Of a stretch of DNA of 64,000 nucleotides, positions 38,117 through 49,285 are shown one piece after another (the stretch's first letter is position 1; each line of letters starts with the position of its first letter). The notes under the pieces are model-generated. The model saw only the letters and a program-made list of their open reading frames with translations. It was not told where the DNA came from and did no database searches. The stretch spans positions 64,866-128,865 of IMG/VR virus record IMGVR_UViG_3300027792_000307. One strand, given 5' to 3'. The position numbers and the translations under genes were made by a program. Origin of the DNA: a virus. Lineage: Duplodnaviria > Heunggongvirae > Uroviricota > Caudoviricetes.

Positions 38117-40429
38117 TTAATTCCATTTCCAACCAGTTGTATTACCTGAAGGTACCCCAACTTGGCTTGCATTTGTAACAGTTGTCCATGCCCAGCCCAA
38201 AGGAGTTCCATATGGAGCCTGGTCTGTATTAAGAGTAGCTAATTTCCATGTCCATCCAGATGGTGAACCGGCCTGTGTATAAAAATAAGTTGTTGTTGGT
38301 TCTTCTTCACTATACGTCTCTTCCAATCCATTTGTACAAAATAAATAATTCTTCCCAATAGACATCGAAGATGTATTTGTATTAAAAGTTCTAGCCCAGC
38401 CGTAACTTCTGGCTTTATTAGAAACTTGTATTTCTAATATACAACCGGACCAATGGTAATTCAAATCAGGTCTTTGTCCAATGAAAATACCTCCACCCAT
38501 TGATAAATTACCGGCTTTAGAATACGTATTTGTATATATCCTAGTTCCTTCAGAATATAAATAGAAATATGCATCTGCACCACTTATATATGTTTGTGTA
38601 TATGTTGATGTCTTTTTTATATTAGTTGATGGCCAGTAGTAATCTGATATGGCTCCTCCAGCATAATAAACTTTGTTTGTGCTAACATAATAACGAGAAA
38701 CATTTGGTAAGGAAGTTCCTTTACCATCCTTTCTCATACCGAGTCCCTTAATTTTATTATTTGTAGGTCTACTATGAAAAGAATAGGCCATTGCATAATT
38801 TGTAGACCTCATTCCACCGCCACTTACTATAATAGAAACAGACGCTTGGCTACTTATTGTAGATAATCCATTTATAGAGTTAGAACTAATATATCCGGAT
38901 CCATTATTTATCCATTCCTGCCCACTCCCAAGAAAAGCTTTAACCATTTTAAGGCTAACATCTGTGGAACCAGATTTATATAAAGGAGTTAGCCATTTTG
39001 TAGAGTCTTTTAGAGTATAGTCATTATCCGTATCATGCATATGACAAACTAAAGAATATGTATTGTCCCAAGTTGAAGATGGTTTGTAACCAACATCTTG
39101 GGTATGGTCTGAATCTGCTCCATAATACATATTAAAAATGGTGTCTGTAGTATCCGTTAAAATTGGTATCTGGACCCAAACATTTCCAGTATAATTACTA
39201 AAAGTTAATAAATCATGATGTAATCTATTTTCGTTCCCGCTATCTACGAATATTATATCTTTACCTGTAGATAGAGAGTTTCTTCCAATCCCGCTAATCT
39301 TATATAGAATAGGAAAATTTACTAAATTACTACCGCTAACCCTTTCCTTATGTATAGTTATCTTCTTTCTGTAAGTCCAATCTAAATCGTACCAATTTTC
39401 TGGTTCCTCCTCTTCAATTTCTTCTGTAACTCCCAAAGTAATATATGTTTGAGGCGAATTCATACTACTATAAGTAGTTTTAATCCACCCATTAGACCTT
39501 ATCTTATTAGATATTCTTACTTCATCTATAGAACCACTAAACCAAAAGTTAGAACCTCTGGAACCTATCAATAATCTACTGCTTGGGGCATCAAAAGACC
39601 AAGAATCAGTAGTTCTATATGTATCTTGAGTTCCATCTACAAATATAGCTTCTGGATGTGTTCTACCAGCTATATAGTGCCAATTATTATCATCTAATTC
39701 ATAATTATTAAAAAACGCTGTACTGTGATTAGCTAAAGAGCTTGTCATAGCAACATAAACCGGTTGACTAGCCGCTTGAGATAATGTTAATCCCCAATCA
39801 AAGTTAGCTCCATTATACCAGACTAATCTCTGATTCCAAGCTTCCGCACCTTTATTATAGTCTGTTTTCATAGTAACTTCGACAGTTATATCTACAAAAT
39901 TAAATTTCGTTGATGGATCGAGGACTGAAATAATCTGATGTAAATCTGAATCGAAAGATATTGATTTATTTATTTTACCTTGGCTTCTATAATCTAATGC
40001 AACGCTACCAGTACCTGTAAAACCATTATATGTAGAATCTAAAACATCAACCCCAACATCTGACATATGGAATACTGCCTGATAGCTCGGTTCCCAAACC
40101 CCTGAAGCTTTAAAACTAATATCTTGGCTATTATCTGTTTTAGTCCCATAATATAAATAAAAAGTAGCTGTTGTATAGTTAGATAGTGTTGGTGCCTTAA
40201 CCCAAAAACATCCTGACCCACCTAAATAACCATCTCTTTCACAATTTACTCTAGTTGAACCATCACTTGTAGTAAATATAAAATCTTTGCCTCCAGAATG
40301 AGCATTAGATGAAATATGAGTGTTTCCAGTTAATTTAAATAGAAATGGGAAATTTGTATGATTCCCACTAATCATATGGCCATCTATGGTAATTTGTTTT
40401 CTATAAGGCCAGTCGGAATACCATGTCAT
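38117..40429 (-). CDS. Tandem (DUF2341 + LamG/ConA-like) x2 virion protein
   Basis: WPYRKQITI...FYLYYG...FSGSIDEVRISN, then WTYRKKITI...FNMYYG...WSGCILEIQVSN. Confidence 0.78.
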   Translation of the reverse strand: MTWYSDWPYRKQITIDGHMISGNHTNFPFLFKLTGNTHISSNAHSGGKDFIFTTSDGSTRVNCERDGYLGGSGCFWVKAPTLSNYTTATFYLYYGTKTDNSQDISFKASGVWEPSYQAVFHMSDVGVDVLDSTYNGFTGTGSVALDYRSQGKINKSISFDSDLHQIISVLDPSTKFNFVDITVEVTMKTDYNKGAEAWNQRLVWYNGANFDWGLTLSQAASQPVYVAMTSSLANHSTAFFNNYELDDNNWHYIAGRTHPEAIFVDGTQDTYRTTDSWSFDAPSSRLLIGSRGSNFWFSGSIDEVRISNKIRSNGWIKTTYSSMNSPQTYITLGVTEEIEEEEPENWYDLDWTYRKKITIHKERVSGSNLVNFPILYKISGIGRNSLSTGKDIIFVDSGNENRLHHDLLTFSNYTGNVWVQIPILTDTTDTIFNMYYGADSDHTQDVGYKPSSTWDNTYSLVCHMHDTDNDYTLKDSTKWLTPLYKSGSTDVSLKMVKAFLGSGQEWINNGSGYISSNSINGLSTISSQASVSIIVSGGGMRSTNYAMAYSFHSRPTNNKIKGLGMRKDGKGTSLPNVSRYYVSTNKVYYAGGAISDYYWPSTNIKKTSTYTQTYISGADAYFYLYSEGTRIYTNTYSKAGNLSMGGGIFIGQRPDLNYHWSGCILEIQVSNKARSYGWARTFNTNTSSMSIGKNYLFCTNGLEETYSEEEPTTTYFYTQAGSPSGWTWKLATLNTDQAPYGTPLGWAWTTVTNASQVGVPSGNTTGWKWN

Positions 40430-43400
40430 CTAACTCGAAATTCCTATTTGAATCCATTCGTAATTATTATCATCGTTATGAACACATACCCATATCCAAG
40501 ATTTTTTACCAGTTCCACCAGAAGTCAATATCATCCTACCTTCATAACTAGCACTTGCTGCAGGTTTATTTGTTCTATATATAGGCATTTTCCATTGACC
40601 TGATATAGCTTGAGATGATAAATATGTAAGAGATTTAATACCATGTGTATTTCCATCTAAATCTCCACCTAATTGAGGTGTTATATCTTCCACAATATTA
40701 GATATTCCTGTGCCACCACCTACTGTTGGACCTTTCCAAGTATGACACGATATAGTATATCCATAAAGTCTATTTGTAGAAATGGATTGAGATGATAAAT
40801 ATCCTAGCACATCCACTTCATTTTTTGATCTCATAAGTCTCATAGCATTATAAGCAGTACCAGCTCCATTATTCCTAACTATATAAAAATTTCTATTAGC
40901 CGGAGTCGAAGCTGTACCAGAATTTATAAAAGTATACCCATAATTTGGAGATTCCGTAAAAATTAATTTTGCATCACTAAATGGGGTTTGATCGGTTGTA
41001 CTATCTCCTCTTAATGTAATAATTTGAGAAGATATAAATTTTAAACTAGATATACCATAACTTTCATTATCCCCTCCAATATTTCCAACCATCTTTCCAG
41101 AAAGTGACCCGCCACCAATCAAAGGATTTGTTAATAAATTACTAGAAATCGTATCTATATAGTGTTTATTTGCAGCTGCGGATGGATATACTGGATCCCT
41201 AAGACCAGATATAGTATTTGCATTAAGTGTAAAATCATCTGTAATAATAGCTCCACCGGAAATTTTCTGCGAGGAAATATGATCTAAATTAAGTATACCA
41301 TAGTCACTCCAATCTTTACTTATATTTATAGTTAAATCACTTAAATTTGAAACACCTCCACCTCCACCAGCTGGAGGACCTTTCCAAGTATGGCAAGAGA
41401 TGGTATATCCATAGAGAGAATTTGTAGATATTCTATTAGACGATAGATAACCAGGTGAACCGGTAGGTCCCTTAATTACTACTTTTTGACCAGAATATGA
41501 TTGGGAACTAATATTTTTTCTTACATAAGCATTTCCTTCATCAATCCACAACCCCCAATTTTTAGATGTACCTTCTGCAGCATAACCATAAATAGCTATA
41601 TTTTCTGAATTATTACCTACTGCAGTCCCATTAAAACCATATAATTTTCCACCATCAATATTATCTTTATCGGCATACATTACTAAAGCTTGTCTATAAC
41701 CAAGAGAATCATCTGGAGTTAATATAACATTAACTAAACCGCAATATCTCCCCCATTTTGTTCTTCTACCGAAGGTTGCTCCAGACATAACATATAGAGC
41801 TGAAGAAGGTCTATTAAAACCAATTACTACTTTATTAGACCTTATATTACCACCAGATATAGCTTGTGAAGAAATATGATCTAGATTACGTATTCCATAA
41901 TCTCCCCAATCTTTGTTTATGTTTATGGTTAAATCTGATAAGTTAGATACTCCACCTCCACCAGCGGGTGGGCCCTTCCATGTGTGACACGAAATAGTAT
42001 ATCCATATAGAGAATTCGTTGATATACGATTTGAAGATAAATAACCTGGAATTGCTGCTGTTCCATTTAAAACTACCTTATGAGTAGCGTCATTATAAGT
42101 GAAATATTGGTCTCCTCCAAAGGCTGATCCACCATCATTCCATTGAATATTTGTATCGCTTCCTTCTGGGGTAGTTCCTCCAATTGTAGCTGTAATAGAA
42201 CCACAATAAATTTTATTACAAGAAATATCGGCTCCATGGAATATCTTCATAGCTGGAGTATAAGGAGGACTTTTATAAGAAGCTTTACTTTCTACTAAAT
42301 TATCATATCCAGAATCAGAAATATATGTATTTCTTATATTAGTTAAAATATAATTAGACCTAGAAGCTCTACCATAAGTTCCTAATTCCCCTACCATTTC
42401 TATTAAAGTGGGTATAGTGGCACTCGTATCCCAAATAAAACAATTTATATAATTTTCTCTTGTATTAGGACCAAGATATATAAGTCTTTTAGTATAAGTT
42501 TTAGCTATAGAGGAATTAATTTGGAATGTTACATTATTAAATAAGTTTCCTTCCACATTATTATAAGTACCATCTACCTCAGCACTACCAGAAAGCCATA
42601 AAGAATAATTACATGTATTAAAATATAACGCATTCCCATAAACTGCATTTACAGCTCCATCTGCACCTGCATGCATACAAAGACCGAAGGTGAGTTCTTT
42701 AAAGTAAAGATTTTCTAAACACAATCCTAAAACCTCTTCAGAATCAGTAAATGTTTCAGCCAATATAGCAGTCCCACTGTGCCATTCCTTTGCATCATAT
42801 TCTAATTTAGTATCGGCTCTACCTTGGAATGCTATATCACGAATAGTTGGTGGAGCACTATACATATGTATAGATGTGCTACATCCAGGAACCCATATTA
42901 ATGCTTTATCTATACCTGTAGTTACAGAATTTTTATAACTCATCCTACCATTATAGATATTAAATCCACCAAATGTTTTAATGGCATGGAAATTACCTAT
43001 TGGATAGATAGTATGACCACCTAAATCGAATTTTGTAAACCAAGCTCCAGAAACTGTTTTATCTAATAAGACATCTGTAGCTAAATATACTAAACCACTT
43101 CCTCTTATTGGATCTTGAGAAACAACCGGAACCTGACCACATAATGAAAATGTATAATTTAGCACATCTGCTGGACTTGTACTAGTCTTAACTATAACAC
43201 AATCTCTTCCTCTTCTAGAAAAATAATTATTTCCGTCCTTTCCAATAATATAACTCGCTGGCATACAGAGGTTTTTATAAGAACCTCCAGAGATTTTCTG
43301 GGAAGATACAAACTTCACTCCAGAGATACCATAAGTATAATTACTACCAATATTCCCTCCAAAAGGTCCAGATAAAGTTCCAGCAGGTCCAGCTGGTCCA

Positions 43401-45115
43401 GCTGCACCACCAGGTCCCCTAAATATATTACATGAAATTATATATCCATGTATCATATTTGATGAGATACGATTTGAAGATAGATACCCAGGTACAGAGG
43501 GTGTTCCTACGACATTTATTCTTTTACTTTTTACGGTACCCCCAGAGATGGATTGAGAGGAAACAAAAGTCCAAGTTCCGGAACTAGCTTTAAATCTGCT
43601 CCTTACATTTGAAGATTGGGCATACCAACTTTTGTTAGAACTCCACAACCAGAGCTTATGTAAACTGCCAGATGTTTTTATATTTACATTTGATGAACCT
43701 GGATAATTATCATTCAATAAAGCAGTTAAATCAGCTTCAGAATCGTAGAATTTTGCTATACCAACAGAACTTGCTATATAAATAGTATGGTCAAATCTGT
43801 CAAGTACTTTATTAGCTGATAAATAGGAAGAATGAAGTTTTATCCCAGAATTATAATAATAATGTAAATTGCTACTAAATCCTACATATTGTAGATTCTG
43901 TGTTTTATTTAATGAGGATACAGAGTAAAACTGATATGCACCAGACCATAAACCCAATGTGCTGTGTGTATGATTGTTAAGAGCAAAGACACCAGTACTG
44001 GCAGATTTATATGCCGAAGTATACTCATTACCTGAACGTAGTAACGAAGATAATTGAGATCCAGATGCATTTAGCCACCCTTTAGACCAAATAGCTGCTG
44101 ATGATACATTAACTAGAGAAAGCCAAGTAATTTCTGAAGCTCCTTCAAGAGCTTCAATTCTAGCATCGATACTCCCAGATAAAGCATTTATCCAGATTTT
44201 ATTATAAATATTTGAACTTGCAGGAAAGCGAAAGCGAATATTTGAACTGTTGGCGTACCAATTTTTATTGGAACTCCATAACCACAGTTTATGTAAACTA
44301 CCAGATGTTTTGATGTTAACATTAGAGGATCCCGGAAATCTAAATCTTATATTACCACTATTAGCGTAGAGATTTTTTGCATTAGAAGAATATCCAAAAA
44401 TTGAATCCAATCTATTATCTAAATTTGAAGAAATAGAATTTAATAATGTACGGTTTATATTGCTACTTCCAGCGAAGTCATCCCTTATAGATTCTAAAGT
44501 AAAATGAATGGTAGCATCATTCTCGTGATTAGATAACTTCACACCAGATTCAACAAACCAATTATTAGCATCTATAGCGGCCGAAGAAACGGTTGCAAGC
44601 GATAACCAAGTTATTTCAGAAGCTCCCTCTAATGCTTCTATTCTTGTATCTAAATTTCCTGATATTATATCAACGTATCGCTTATTTGCTGCACCTGAAT
44701 TAAAAGTTGGTTGCCTTAATCCGGATATTGTATCCCCAATAGCTGTAAAATCTCCTACTAATATAGTTCCTCCGGAAATCTTTTGACTTGATACCCAAGC
44801 CCATGTGGCTGCACTAGCTTTAAAATCCCCAGAATTCGCTGTTCCAGTTCCTCCACCAGATTTTAATGCCTTCCATTTATTTATTGAAGAATCCCAAGTT
44901 AAACTTGAATTATTCCAATAATTAGAATTCCAGGAATTAATATCTCTAGAAGAATGCATGGAAAGTAATTGGCCAGAAATATATTGTGCTGAAATACCGT
45001 AGGGCATAATTAAAGACCTATATTCAGGCCCCTTATGCATAATGGAACTAACCATGGCATTCCATTCAGAATAGTCTATTACCGTTCCGCTAGCTTGACT
45101 AGCATACCACGTCAT
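40430..45115 (-). CDS. Large modular tail-fibre-like protein, 1561 aa
   Basis: Repeats ISGLxxPxxxSxAANKxY(V/I)D, SSQxISGG and GYLSSNRIS...SCHTWKGP; central beta-helix-like block. Confidence 0.7.
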   Translation of the reverse strand: MTWYASQASGTVIDYSEWNAMVSSIMHKGPEYRSLIMPYGISAQYISGQLLSMHSSRDINSWNSNYWNNSSLTWDSSINKWKALKSGGGTGTANSGDFKASAATWAWVSSQKISGGTILVGDFTAIGDTISGLRQPTFNSGAANKRYVDIISGNLDTRIEALEGASEITWLSLATVSSAAIDANNWFVESGVKLSNHENDATIHFTLESIRDDFAGSSNINRTLLNSISSNLDNRLDSIFGYSSNAKNLYANSGNIRFRFPGSSNVNIKTSGSLHKLWLWSSNKNWYANSSNIRFRFPASSNIYNKIWINALSGSIDARIEALEGASEITWLSLVNVSSAAIWSKGWLNASGSQLSSLLRSGNEYTSAYKSASTGVFALNNHTHSTLGLWSGAYQFYSVSSLNKTQNLQYVGFSSNLHYYYNSGIKLHSSYLSANKVLDRFDHTIYIASSVGIAKFYDSEADLTALLNDNYPGSSNVNIKTSGSLHKLWLWSSNKSWYAQSSNVRSRFKASSGTWTFVSSQSISGGTVKSKRINVVGTPSVPGYLSSNRISSNMIHGYIISCNIFRGPGGAAGPAGPAGTLSGPFGGNIGSNYTYGISGVKFVSSQKISGGSYKNLCMPASYIIGKDGNNYFSRRGRDCVIVKTSTSPADVLNYTFSLCGQVPVVSQDPIRGSGLVYLATDVLLDKTVSGAWFTKFDLGGHTIYPIGNFHAIKTFGGFNIYNGRMSYKNSVTTGIDKALIWVPGCSTSIHMYSAPPTIRDIAFQGRADTKLEYDAKEWHSGTAILAETFTDSEEVLGLCLENLYFKELTFGLCMHAGADGAVNAVYGNALYFNTCNYSLWLSGSAEVDGTYNNVEGNLFNNVTFQINSSIAKTYTKRLIYLGPNTRENYINCFIWDTSATIPTLIEMVGELGTYGRASRSNYILTNIRNTYISDSGYDNLVESKASYKSPPYTPAMKIFHGADISCNKIYCGSITATIGGTTPEGSDTNIQWNDGGSAFGGDQYFTYNDATHKVVLNGTAAIPGYLSSNRISTNSLYGYTISCHTWKGPPAGGGGVSNLSDLTININKDWGDYGIRNLDHISSQAISGGNIRSNKVVIGFNRPSSALYVMSGATFGRRTKWGRYCGLVNVILTPDDSLGYRQALVMYADKDNIDGGKLYGFNGTAVGNNSENIAIYGYAAEGTSKNWGLWIDEGNAYVRKNISSQSYSGQKVVIKGPTGSPGYLSSNRISTNSLYGYTISCHTWKGPPAGGGGGVSNLSDLTINISKDWSDYGILNLDHISSQKISGGAIITDDFTLNANTISGLRDPVYPSAAANKHYIDTISSNLLTNPLIGGGSLSGKMVGNIGGDNESYGISSLKFISSQIITLRGDSTTDQTPFSDAKLIFTESPNYGYTFINSGTASTPANRNFYIVRNNGAGTAYNAMRLMRSKNEVDVLGYLSSQSISTNRLYGYTISCHTWKGPTVGGGTGISNIVEDITPQLGGDLDGNTHGIKSLTYLSSQAISGQWKMPIYRTNKPAASASYEGRMILTSGGTGKKSWIWVCVHNDDNNYEWIQIGISS
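41290..42060 (-). repeat. Intragenic diverged direct repeats in the large fibre (about 41290-41460 and 41900-42060)
   Basis: Both encode PGYLSSNRISTNSLYGYTISCHTWKGPPAGGGG(G)VSNLSDLTINIxKDWxDYGI; DNA differs mostly at third codon positions. Confidence 0.8.
43560..44350 (-). repeat. Intragenic diverged direct repeats in the large fibre (about 43560-43710 and 44220-44350)
   Basis: Both encode PGSSNVNIKTSGSLHKLWLWSSNKxWYAxSSN. Confidence 0.8.
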
Positions 45116-45127
45116 TTTATTTTACTC

Positions 45128-45502
45128 CTATAAACTATTAGAAGATGTATAACCTTCAATCTTTACATTAATCCAACCAGAAGGACCATTAACAGGTTGA
45201 GAAGTTATTGATTTTGGGAATATTAATGCCTGCCGTCTCATTTTATATAATTTAGTCCCAGCCACAGGAGATAATCTTAAGGTATTCTTTCCCTGCCAAC
45301 TAGAATCAACAAACTTTGGCCTACCTAATATCTTATAGAGTTCTCTTGTAGCTCCTGGTCTAATATTGTCATTTAAATCATTAAATGGCTTCTTTTTAAG
45401 CCACGTTTCAATTGTAACATTGTAATCCTGAACATCCCACCTAGAACACATACCAGAAACATAGCAATTTCCGGAGAAAAATATATATATATCGTGTTTC
45501 AT
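45128..45502 (-). CDS. Minor tail protein, Dit-like family paralog 2
   Basis: SRWDVQDYNVTIETW...IRPGATRELYKILGRP; downstream of the hub gene. Confidence 0.55.
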   Translation of the reverse strand: MKHDIYIFFSGNCYVSGMCSRWDVQDYNVTIETWLKKKPFNDLNDNIRPGATRELYKILGRPKFVDSSWQGKNTLRLSPVAGTKLYKMRRQALIFPKSITSQPVNGPSGWINVKIEGYTSSNSL

Positions 45503-45885
45503 TCTATATCTATACGAACTGCTTCAATTTTTACATTAAAATAATCTGGGGTTATAAGTTGGTCTGAAATAGATTTTACAGCAACTTCCCTACTCTTCCT
45601 AATCCCAGATAAACCATAACCAGAAACTGGTTCTAACCAAAGAGTATTCTGTTTTTGGTAGGTCGCATCTATAAATTTAGGCTTTCCGAGTATATTCCAA
45701 AGTTCTCGTTGTGCACCAGGAACTACGTGGGCAAACAATAGATTTCTATTTGCTGAACCTAAAAATGTCTCGATTACAACATTATAATTATCTTCGTCGA
45801 ATCTTTTGCACCAGCATTGAATATAATTTGCAGCATTTTGAGAAGGCATATAAATTTTAAGAGCTGGTCCATCTTGCGTTGGCAT
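45499..45885 (-). CDS. Minor tail protein, Dit-like family paralog 1
   Basis: KRFDEDNYNVVIETF...VVPGAQRELWNILGKP. Confidence 0.55.
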   Translation of the reverse strand: MPTQDGPALKIYMPSQNAANYIQCWCKRFDEDNYNVVIETFLGSANRNLLFAHVVPGAQRELWNILGKPKFIDATYQKQNTLWLEPVSGYGLSGIRKSREVAVKSISDQLITPDYFNVKIEAVRIDIE

Positions 45886-48800
45886 TAATAAACCTCTTTC
45901 TCTAATTCATTTATTCTTTTTGTAATATCAAATGGCTGTTTTCCGTAATTAATTGTAGTTGTAAATCCATTTTTATCTATATTATGAGTATATGAAACTA
46001 TTTCCCATAATCCTCCAATTCCAAGATTTGAAAGATTTGAAGATAGTTTGTAGGAAGTTTCTATTCCAATAGCAGATTCCCCCCTTATTGTAATAGATCC
46101 TTTTCTTACTACTTCATCCATTCCTCTAACCATCTCATTTGCCATAGAGGAGGCTAATGTATATGAATTAATCCTAGAATCTCTTATTATCTTTTGGTGT
46201 CTCCCATATTTATTTATAGATTGGTCATTTACAGCTGTGGCTCGTATCTGTTCATCTCCCTTCCAACCAATATTCATTATTAAAGAACCGGCTGGAACCC
46301 AAGTTGGAACTAAATCATGTGTTTTCCAAACAACTCCAACCCCATTTAATCCTAAATCTGAATTACCAGTTGAATATGCAATCGCTCCATCTGTATAGTC
46401 ACTATTACAATCATAATAATATTTCCAATATCGTAATCCACTTCCTTTTGCACCTGAGTATGCATGCATAACTATCCAATAATAATTTTCTGTTTCTAAA
46501 CTACTTCCATCACTTTGTCTTAATTTTGGTGATTGGTAAGACACATAAGAAGAATAACTTGGTGGATATGGGACGTTGGTTGGTTCAATATATATATCAT
46601 CAGAATGTTCTATCTTAGTCCCAGATTTAGGCAATCCTCCACCAAGAATTTTAGAATACTTAACTTCTGCAGCACATATGTAAGGACTTAAAGACTTTAT
46701 AACTGAACTAGATATATTTTGTGTAACATTAATCATTGTAGATGGTTTCATACAATACATAATTTTAATAGTATGTCCAGATGGTCCCGAATTACCAAGA
46801 GGATTCCATATATTTGGTAATATTTTATACCAAGAAGTCCCACTATCCTTAGAACCGGAATAAGTTATCTTATTAGGAAAAGTTACTTCAGATGGATTTA
46901 TTCTTAAATTAATTATTGGGTCATAAACATTATAATTCTTAGATTCAATTGAACCAGAATTAATACAATAAGTATGTTTAGTCATCCATACAGAATCTAG
47001 GACAGGACATTTAGTTGTATAATAAGAACGATAAGTTCCACTTATCAATATTCTTTTTACTTTATAATAATAATCTGTGTATAGAATATATGCCCCAGGA
47101 GCATAATCTAATACTAGATTTGGAGATAAAGCTTTTATCCATCCTCTACCAGCCCAATTACCAGAAAGATAAATAGTATTTATTCTTAAATAATATGTTG
47201 TACTATAAGAATTTCCTATAATAACTATTACATTTCCAAAATTAGTTTCTTTTAAATTTTCAATATCAAATCTACTGGAAAAATTATGAACGGAAGAATC
47301 CACAGATATTGCAGGAGATGTAGTATACGAACCCCCATCAACTATATTTGAACTAGTTGACCATAAATTATATTGTACCCCATCTACTTTTGAATAAGGA
47401 GCAGTTGTATAAAATTCAAACATATCCTGTTCGCGACAATGAACACTTTGTCCAGTCATACAAAGAGCATCTAAGCTATTGTTTACTCTAACTTTATGTC
47501 TTGTATCTAAATCAAGATATGTATAATCAGTAAATGTATCTGTAAAAACTGTAGATTCTGGTCCAGCAGTCGAATCTGCAGTTGATAAGGAAACCGAATC
47601 AACTTTTGGTGTGTAAGTTCCATTACTAGATAGCATAATTTTTATTTGTGAACTAAATTTATTCTCAAATCCAAAATCGTACCATCCACCATCATTACAT
47701 TTACGGAAATTTTTACTCCCACTATTTGAACCACTTATAAAAATTCTATTAGAAGAAGTAACCCCATCCAAATCTATTTTCATATATCTAGTATAAACCC
47801 GTCTAGAAGGTGTACCGAATGGTTTAGATAAAGCGTATCCAGACTTAGCATAAGTACTAAATGCTCTAATACCAAAATACAAATCCATATCAGTATTACT
47901 ATACCAGGTAGTTCCAGTTCCATCATCACAATATTTTTTATAGCAATAACCATCTCCATATACATCTGATCTCATATAGTAACCTCTTATATCATATGTT
48001 GTTGGGTTATCTGGATGTATAACAAGAGCATAATAATCTGTATTGTTTACTGTGTATTTAGGATTAAGATTAACTAAATAATCAACTATCCCAAAACTAC
48101 TCATAGTAACACTACCGGAACTTAATACATTATTTGGAGTATGTAGCAACCCCCCAGCAGTATCTCTTAATTCTATCCAATATGTATGAGGTTCTGTACC
48201 ACTATTACCACCATAAATAAAAGCACTTTCTATAGTATATGCATTTGAAAATTTAACTATTTGTGCATGATAGCGATGATAACTATTCCTTTCTTGTTGA
48301 TTCTGTGATATATTTTCAAATCCACTATTTAATTTTAAAAATCCATCCTCAAAAAAAACGTTAGAAGTAACTAACCAATATTTCATATGATTATAAAAAT
48401 CATCACTAAAAATTTGTTGAGTTGTATTATTCCATAATTCAAACTCTATATTTTTATTTGGTTCGTTTGGACTTTTACTTCTATCAAGAAACATACTAAT
48501 CGAAGTTAATGTATCTTCTTCAGCTTTTATTCTTTGTGCAATATACATATTTCTTTTAAATATTCCAGAAGAAACTTGACTTATAGGTTTTCCTTCTGGT
48601 AATAAAATCTTTTTTTCTTCATAAAAGTTTTCTGCACCAATTATTAAAATGTCATTAATTAAATCTTCATCATCTTCTTCGACTGGAGACATATCTAATA
48701 TATCATCTTCAACTATATGTATACTATTAATAGGTTCTTCATTTGGATCGTAATAAATTAAGTTTTCATTATTATCTATATAAAATTTAAAACCATCGTA

Positions 48801-49283
48801 ACCTATAAGAGTAATTATTGCGTCACCAACCGTCATATCAGAAAAATCTATTTCAGTAGTAAAATTATTGCCATCAGTTGTATTAGAATTTCCATGAATA
48901 TTTTCACAATAATCTCTAACTAACGAGGAAGCTATGTATCCTGAATATCCAGTATAAAATGCTGAATCTCCGGTTCTATATCTCCACAAATCATATGTTT
49001 TACCGACTAATTGATATGTATATAAATGAACCCCGGCCTTATGGTGCATTTGCTTTCTAGATACATATCCAGAAAACTCTAAGGAATCATTAATATATAT
49101 ATCAACTGAATTCCCTATATCCTGCTGCGAACATTTATATAACTCAATAATTCCTGTCTGATAATAATCCTGGTCCGAATTATTTATGGTAATTCTAGAA
49201 ATATTACTATTATTTGTATATGTATTAGAATTTGAATTTTGTCCTGAATTAAAGTAAACGGCGTAAGTTACATCACTTGTCAT
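45885..49283 (-). CDS. Baseplate hub/Tal-like protein with large internal insertion
   Basis: Directly after the tape measure. N-terminal EFSGYV...TVGDAI...FYID...LINDILIIG and C-terminal DQSINKYGR...WEIVSYTHNI...GFTTTI. Confidence 0.7.
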   Translation of the reverse strand: MTSDVTYAVYFNSGQNSNSNTYTNNSNISRITINNSDQDYYQTGIIELYKCSQQDIGNSVDIYINDSLEFSGYVSRKQMHHKAGVHLYTYQLVGKTYDLWRYRTGDSAFYTGYSGYIASSLVRDYCENIHGNSNTTDGNNFTTEIDFSDMTVGDAIITLIGYDGFKFYIDNNENLIYYDPNEEPINSIHIVEDDILDMSPVEEDDEDLINDILIIGAENFYEEKKILLPEGKPISQVSSGIFKRNMYIAQRIKAEEDTLTSISMFLDRSKSPNEPNKNIEFELWNNTTQQIFSDDFYNHMKYWLVTSNVFFEDGFLKLNSGFENISQNQQERNSYHRYHAQIVKFSNAYTIESAFIYGGNSGTEPHTYWIELRDTAGGLLHTPNNVLSSGSVTMSSFGIVDYLVNLNPKYTVNNTDYYALVIHPDNPTTYDIRGYYMRSDVYGDGYCYKKYCDDGTGTTWYSNTDMDLYFGIRAFSTYAKSGYALSKPFGTPSRRVYTRYMKIDLDGVTSSNRIFISGSNSGSKNFRKCNDGGWYDFGFENKFSSQIKIMLSSNGTYTPKVDSVSLSTADSTAGPESTVFTDTFTDYTYLDLDTRHKVRVNNSLDALCMTGQSVHCREQDMFEFYTTAPYSKVDGVQYNLWSTSSNIVDGGSYTTSPAISVDSSVHNFSSRFDIENLKETNFGNVIVIIGNSYSTTYYLRINTIYLSGNWAGRGWIKALSPNLVLDYAPGAYILYTDYYYKVKRILISGTYRSYYTTKCPVLDSVWMTKHTYCINSGSIESKNYNVYDPIINLRINPSEVTFPNKITYSGSKDSGTSWYKILPNIWNPLGNSGPSGHTIKIMYCMKPSTMINVTQNISSSVIKSLSPYICAAEVKYSKILGGGLPKSGTKIEHSDDIYIEPTNVPYPPSYSSYVSYQSPKLRQSDGSSLETENYYWIVMHAYSGAKGSGLRYWKYYYDCNSDYTDGAIAYSTGNSDLGLNGVGVVWKTHDLVPTWVPAGSLIMNIGWKGDEQIRATAVNDQSINKYGRHQKIIRDSRINSYTLASSMANEMVRGMDEVVRKGSITIRGESAIGIETSYKLSSNLSNLGIGGLWEIVSYTHNIDKNGFTTTINYGKQPFDITKRINELEKEVY

Positions 49284-49285
49284 TA

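Noticed and set aside
43370-43420. Collagen-like GPGGAAGPAGPAG stretch and the poly-Gly run in the tape measure (~49790-49835)
   Set aside because: Too few Gly-X-Y triplets for a collagen helix; most likely flexible linkers.
41290-44350. Fibre repeats as a DGR template/variable-repeat pair
   Set aside because: Differences are mainly synonymous third-position changes at all four bases, not adenine-specific. Copies are intragenic, and no reverse transcriptase is in the window.
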